Shown: in pieces, positions 58,720 to 64,000 of the stretch
How the letters are laid out: every line of letters begins with the position of its first letter
How positions within the stretch are numbered: the stretch's first letter is position 1
Assembly: GCA_030390025.1 (NCBI GenBank)
Contig: CM059433.1
Location: forward strand, 4,588,001 to 4,652,000
Length of the DNA: 64,000 nucleotides
Source of the DNA: Squalus acanthias
Lineage: Eukaryota
Reading direction: 5' to 3'
The notes under the pieces: model-generated
Database searches by the model: none
What the model saw: the letters and a program-made list of their open reading frames with translations, nothing else
Told to the model about the DNA's origin: nothing
Position numbers and translations under genes: made by a program

Positions 58720-61241
58720 GGGCTGGATTTTGCGGGGGGTCAGCAGGTGCAACGGTGGCGGGTCGGGTGGGAAAGTGTTTCTTTCCTCCAGTGGATCGGG
58801 ACCGCTATGAACCCACTGCCACACGCCTTTACCAAATGTTGGGTCTGTCAGCGCTGAGCAGACCCAACACGCAGCGGTGGGGGAGGCAATTAAAATCATT
58901 CGTGGCTTGTTTACAGCTACTTATCAATGGTTTTTTCCCAGCTTTTTGGATTTGACAGGTCACCCACCGGTTTCCCGCTGTGCCTAGACCTCGTCTGTGA
59001 AGCTGAGGCGGGAGGTCACTGGCCTTTGAATCAGCTGATGAATTGACAGCTTCAAATGTCAAGTCAAAACTCCCAGCTGATTGAGAAATGTTTCCTTAAC
59101 CATTAGCTTCTCTAAACTGCATTTCCACTTCAGATTCAGGATGCTGCAAGTCTTTACACAAGTCTCCATCCAGTCTGACCTCATTACCTCTCTCACCATT
59201 GACAGATCACTTCTGTCAACTCTACTTCACCTGCCATCTATTCCATCAGCATGAGTGCCCTTGAAACTCTCTCACCTTGGTCCTCAGAATCCCACCACGA
59301 TCAGCCCCAACACCAACATCACCAGGCACACCAGCATCACCAACAACAACACCAACCTTCTCCGCAATCACCTGGTGTTGCACAGGACACAGGGCATCAG
59401 CACCTGACCACATTGGTGCTCGGGAGGCCAGGGATGGCCTCACCATGGCCAGATTTACTTCACTTGAGGCTGTACACCCTGGCTGCCATATGATGCGCCA
59501 GGTTGGCACCACCCCACACCAACACCATAAAGCATCCCTACAATGCCCAAGTCATTCCTTTCACACTCCTCACCATTGCGGGGGGTACCGTTATGTCTCA
59601 CCATTCACTGCAACTCACTCAGCCACTTCCAAAGGTGCACACAAATCTGGCCAAGAACACAAAGTGTTGAAAATAAAGGTTTCAATGTTTGACACCACAT
59701 TGACAGAAACTTTACATGAACATTGCATAAAACACCCAGGTGCCTACCCTTGTGTGTGGTTAGTTGGTATGATTACATTAGAATGAGGGGGAGTGAGAGG
59801 GGTGGCTAGTGAGATGGGGATGTGATAATGGCCCAGATAATCCGTTCGCAGGCCTCCCGCGGGCGGAGGACTGCGATCTGGAAAAATCTGCGCCCTTACC
59901 TTTGGTCTCCCGGGACGCGCACAATTCCGATGCTGGGCCTCTCCAAACTGCCGGTGCGCAGAGCCCACGTATCCCAGAGGTGCAGGTAGTTCGCAGCGTC
60001 CCTGGGATCATGTGGGCCATGGGGAGCCAATCACAGAAGGGAATCTCCCTTCATACATTTGACAGGAAGACCTGTCAAATATATGAATGGAGATCACCCC
60101 AAAACATAGTCAAACTTTAAATAAATTTAAAAACATCACATTTTTAAAATGACTTGAAAGTACAAATAAATTAACTATTTTAAACAAAACTTTAATTTTT
60201 TTTTTAAATAATTAAAGTTTTTTTACAGGGCTGAAAATAAACTTAGCTTTTTAAAAAAAAAGTTTTTTTAAATGATAAATCAGTTTTCTTTTACTTTTTT
60301 CAACTCTTATCCTGGTAAAAGCAGGCCTTACGCTTGCTTTTACGAGGCGCAAGAATTGTAAGGGTTTTCTGCGGGCGGAGGGTCTCCAAAAAGCGGAACT
60401 ATCCGCCCGCAGAGGCCCTTCTCCAGGGCAGCCGGAGGATCTGTCAAGAGGATTCTTGACAGATTGGAAATGCCGGTTTCCAGCGCACGGGCAGTGCATG
60501 CCTAAAAGTGGCATTTCCGATGTCCCTATGGGTGAGTACACAGCGCGTACCCACCCGTAGGGATCGGAATATCCGGCCCAATGTAGATAGAGAGGGATGG
60601 ATGGGTGGAGGTGCAAGGTAAGCTGGTGTAAGGATGTGCAGGAGTAGGGTAGGGAAGGCAGAGTGATGGGGATGTGATGAGAGGCACAGCAGGATGAGGT
60701 TGAGTGTGGCTTTGCAGTAACATTTCGTGATCTACTGAGATCATTGAAACATTTGTGGCACTGCACCCAGGTCCTCCTGACCACATCCCTGCTTGTGTCC
60801 TCCTGTGCAATGTGCAACCAGGCTGCGTTGATCTCCTAGGGAAGTCTCTTCCGCCCATGGGAAGGGAAGAGGACCTCCCTGTGTGCTGTGACTCACTCCA
60901 TAAGCATATGGAGGGAGTCATGGAGAGCCTGGGTGTAGCCATGCACCTCTGTGCAGTGTTCGTCAGTGTTTGCAGCACCTCAATGCTGTAGAACACTGAC
61001 AGCGCAACTGGCAAAATCAAGTTGGCCATGGTCCCTTTAAGGAAACCAGCTGATGACGTGTCATCAAATGACGTCACCAGACCCGCTTCCTCTAATTGAC
61101 CGGGAAACGCGCTGGGCAGGGCTTAACAAGCCCAATCAGGGGAAATTCATTTCAGTGGCCGGGATGGAGCCGGCAGTGGGGTCGGGACCCGCCACCGACG
61201 TCGCCCGACACGGACCCGCCGAGGTTTGTAAAATCGCGGCC
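58720..61241 (-). mobile_element. Second, internally deleted Harbinger (family B) nested in the first Myb intron of A2
   Basis: Host sequence acaatc-(ana)-gcttca is split; termini gggctggatttt / aaaatcgcggcc; Myb remnant on - at about 60725-60950 (RRTWVQCHKCFNDLSRS); transposase-end-like AREARDGLTMARF on + at about 59420-59460. Confidence 0.8.
59830..60579 (+). mobile_element. Hairpin-rich MITE (subfamily 1) nested in Harbinger B
   Basis: AAT|ggcccagataatccg...cggaatatccggccc|AAT. Confidence 0.9.
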
Positions 61242-62899
61242 ACAGCTTCACTTCAGCCTCACACACTTACCACTGCTGCAACACTCACACCCACATCTCA
61301 CACCTTGCACACACTGCCAGCTATTCAACCATGCCAGGTACATCACCCAAACACGACACTCATTGAAAACACTTCCCTTTCTCTTGCAGGCCAAGGTGGC
61401 TCACAACAGGAGAGAGCACCAGCAGACGAGTCGAGGCCAAGCAAGAATTGACAACCTGACGAACCAGAGGAAACAGTGTTGGACATCATTGGAGGGGCTG
61501 TGACAGAGTCTGTGGCGAGCGGAGAAGTGGAAAGCATCGCTGATGATGACGGTATGCTCATACCTAATCCTCCTCATCCCACAGTCTCTTCTCCCTTACA
61601 AGCTGCTGATGGTGTATGCATGGATATCTCGCTTTCCACCCATCCCCTCACCATAACCTGACTCTTGTGCCTTTCTGCTTTCAAATAACCAAGAATTGAA
61701 ACCTTTGTCAGTCTGTCCCTGAAGTTGAGCAAGAGACTGATGGAGGAGAAGACACACCATCGCTGCATCTGACACTCGCAGACACCAGCTCAGAAAATGG
61801 CACTGCGCCGAACGTAGAGGGTAGTAGGGAGGCGGCATCTGAACATGGTGAGGCACTGGGTATGAGTGGGCTGCAGCAAGGCCAGGGGGAAAGGGTAGGT
61901 CGGGTGCCAGCTCCCCAGAGGGCGAGTTCATGCACAAGTTCTGCTCCACATGACTCAGATAAGGACCTCGATGGGGCGGCCTTCAGAAGAAGGGTGATGA
62001 GCATGCATCCGGAAATCCTAGGTGCAATGGCAAGCCTGCCAGAGAGCCTCTCATCAGTGTCAAGGAGCATGGAGGAGTCCGGCTCCAACATTGGACGGGG
62101 CTTTACGCAGAGCTTAGAGCTCATGTTTTCCAGGATGGAAATGATAGGTAACTCCATGAGAGCCCTTGTGGACCCAAACATGATGCTGGGTGTGATGGGC
62201 GATCTCGCAGCTCCATTGCAGCACAGGCAGAAGCGACCCAACATCTCAGGGCTGCAGTGGACTCTCCTGCAGTCTGAGCTTGCAGACTGCTATTATCGTG
62301 GCTGGGTTTACGAGTGTGGAAAGGGGCTTGCAGGGTGTCGCAGCAGGCCAGCAATCTGCACTCCAACAGATGGCTAGGAATGCTGAGGCGCCACCCTGGG
62401 GGAGTGGCATGGGTCTGTGGAGCAAGAACCTGCTGTCCTCTCTCAGGATGACAGCATGCCTACTTCCACCACTGCCAGTCCGCCATTGCCCTTGCTACTG
62501 CCGGTCATCCAGCCAGCCCAGACTGTTGCCACCCATGCCGAGGTGGTCCAGTCTACAACCGGGCCTTCTAGGTCCAGAGCTGGTCGAGGTCGTCCTACAA
62601 GGCCATCTGTAGTCACCACACCAAAAGTCAGCAGCCTTCCACCAACCGTGCTGCAGCCACTGGGGGAGCACTTCATAGGAGCACTAGAGGACGAAAAGGC
62701 ACATGAATAACAGGCACTAAGGAATTGCACAAGGGTGATTAGTTGACTTTGTTCTTTTGATAAATTATAAATTATGTTTGGAACGTGTGTTTTATGGTGG
62801 CTCTCATTTCAGCTTTGTGCCCAGGAGGACGCTGTGATGTTCTGTGACAGAGGATGGTACGATGGGGAAGTGGTGAGCAACGGGAATCTGGGGTTTCAG

Positions 62900-63954
62900 C
62901 CACTGGAACCGGAGTCTGATGAGGCGCTCACAGACAGCCTGTCCGGAACGGGAACCTGCTGCCTGCCTCCTCCCCTTCCTCCTCCTGAGGTGGTCGCAGA
63001 ACCCGTGCTGGCAAGGGCTGCGCCCTCATGATGGCCAAGTTGTGCAGCATGCTGCAGACGACCACGAAATGGGACACCTGCTCAGCCGAGTACTGGAGGG
63101 CTCCTCCTGAGCGGTCAAGGCAGCGGAACTGTTGGGTGAGCACCCCCAATGGTCTGCTCGATGAGGTTCCTCGTGGCAGCATGGCTGTCATTATATGAGT
63201 GCTGGAAACAAGTGATGCAGAGGGGAGTTATCAGCCAGGGGTGTAGAGTGGATAGCCCTCGTTTCCGAGAAGCCACCCTTGGGTTTGCCGTTGTGGCTGG
63301 AATATTGCTGGCACATCGGACTGGCGCAGGATGAAGGCATCATGAGAGAAGACAATGAAGTCCCTTCTCCTGGAGTAGAGAGGCTCTGTGACCTCCCGGA
63401 TGCAGCGATGGACGGCGAACTGGGAGATGTCGCCTGCTGTAGACTGGAAGGATCCGGTGGCGAAAAATTTGAAGGCCCCAGTGACCTCGAGGGTCACTGG
63501 CAGTGCCGTCGTCGCCCTGCTCGGAGGCGGCAGGTCTGGTTCCAAGAGGTGGCAGAGTTCTCTGACCACCTCCTTGGTGAAGTGGAGCCTCCTAGTACAC
63601 TGCTCCTGGCTTAACTGCAGGTAGGAGAAATGCTCTCGAAAGACCCCAGGTGGGTAGGGCCTCCTGCCCGTCCTCCTCCTCCCTCCGCGAGCATCTTGTT
63701 CTCTTCTTCGCTGCCTCCGCTCCATCTCCTGCGGCAGCCGCCATTTTAGGGAGGTCGGTAACGCTGCCGTTGCCAGCACTCGCTCCACATAATTAGATGA
63801 GGCAGATCGTGACGTCAATGAGTGTGCAGCGCTGATTTGACGTACGATCTGCCATTTTCGACGTCACCGCTCCATTTAACGCGCCTCATCTAATCATGAC
63901 CAGCTAAGCGCGACCAAACTCGAGTGCCAGGGGGACTGCAAGTAGAGTCCCCAT
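62900..63954 (-). pseudogene. HARBI1-like Harbinger DDE transposase pseudogene
   Basis: FATGSFQ...ISQFAVHRCIREVT; HDAFIL...WLLGNEGYP; FRCLDRSGGALQY...VVCSMLHNLA; frameshifts and an internal deletion. Confidence 0.9.
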
Positions 63955-64000
63955 GACTGTGAGTAAGTGGTGTGAGCAGAGCCAATGTTCCTGTTCAGCT

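Larger units (their letters stand above)
58076..64000 (+). mobile_element. Decayed PIF/Harbinger transposon, copy A2 (runs past the window end)
   Basis: Left TIR aat|ggtctagaaattgg; colinear with A1; Myb-like exons at about 58367-58605, 61390-61551 and 61690-62710. Confidence 0.9.

Noticed and set aside
62900..63954. Domesticated HARBI1 gene
   Set aside because: Frameshifts, catalytic-region deletion, an inverted insertion and a second local copy indicate a dead transposon.
1..64000. Consensus estrogen response elements (GGTCAnnnTGACC)
   Set aside because: Only half-sites or two-mismatch sites were seen by eye (e.g. about 34516, 36855). A motif scan is needed to exclude them properly.

Overview
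Vertebrate genomic DNA. The SINE/LINE repertoire points to a cartilaginous fish (shark); this is an inference. The window lies inside one large minus-strand gene, GREB1. I traced 14 consecutive internal coding exons from 55231 down to 6190. All have canonical AG/GT ends and consistent phases (2981 nt, about 993 codons), running from the 'PDNLLKIC..PVIFKG' region to 'HPRRLLLNGPPQ'; the gene's 5' and 3' ends lie outside the window. The introns are packed with mobile elements: decayed two-gene PIF/Harbinger transposons (Myb/SANT-like gene plus convergent HARBI1-like transposase), hairpin-rich Harbinger-type MITEs with 3-bp AWT target duplications, a pogo/Tigger-type MITE, a solo LTR, CR1, L2 and a second CR1-group LINE, two SINE families sharing tails with local LINEs, Penelope-like fragments with minimal hammerhead motifs, and 52-bp, 33-bp, 13-bp and C-rich tandem repeats. 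The best leads are: (1) a Penelope-like insert whose 5' end falls at the predicted hammerhead cleavage site; (2) an inverted MITE pair around a 780-nt frame-symmetric exon block; (3) MITEs carrying promoter motifs plus splice donors; (4) a candidate poison exon; (5) an intronic partial copy of a GREB1 exon; (6) multi-layer nested transposons. Family names come from recalled similarity only; no database search was run.
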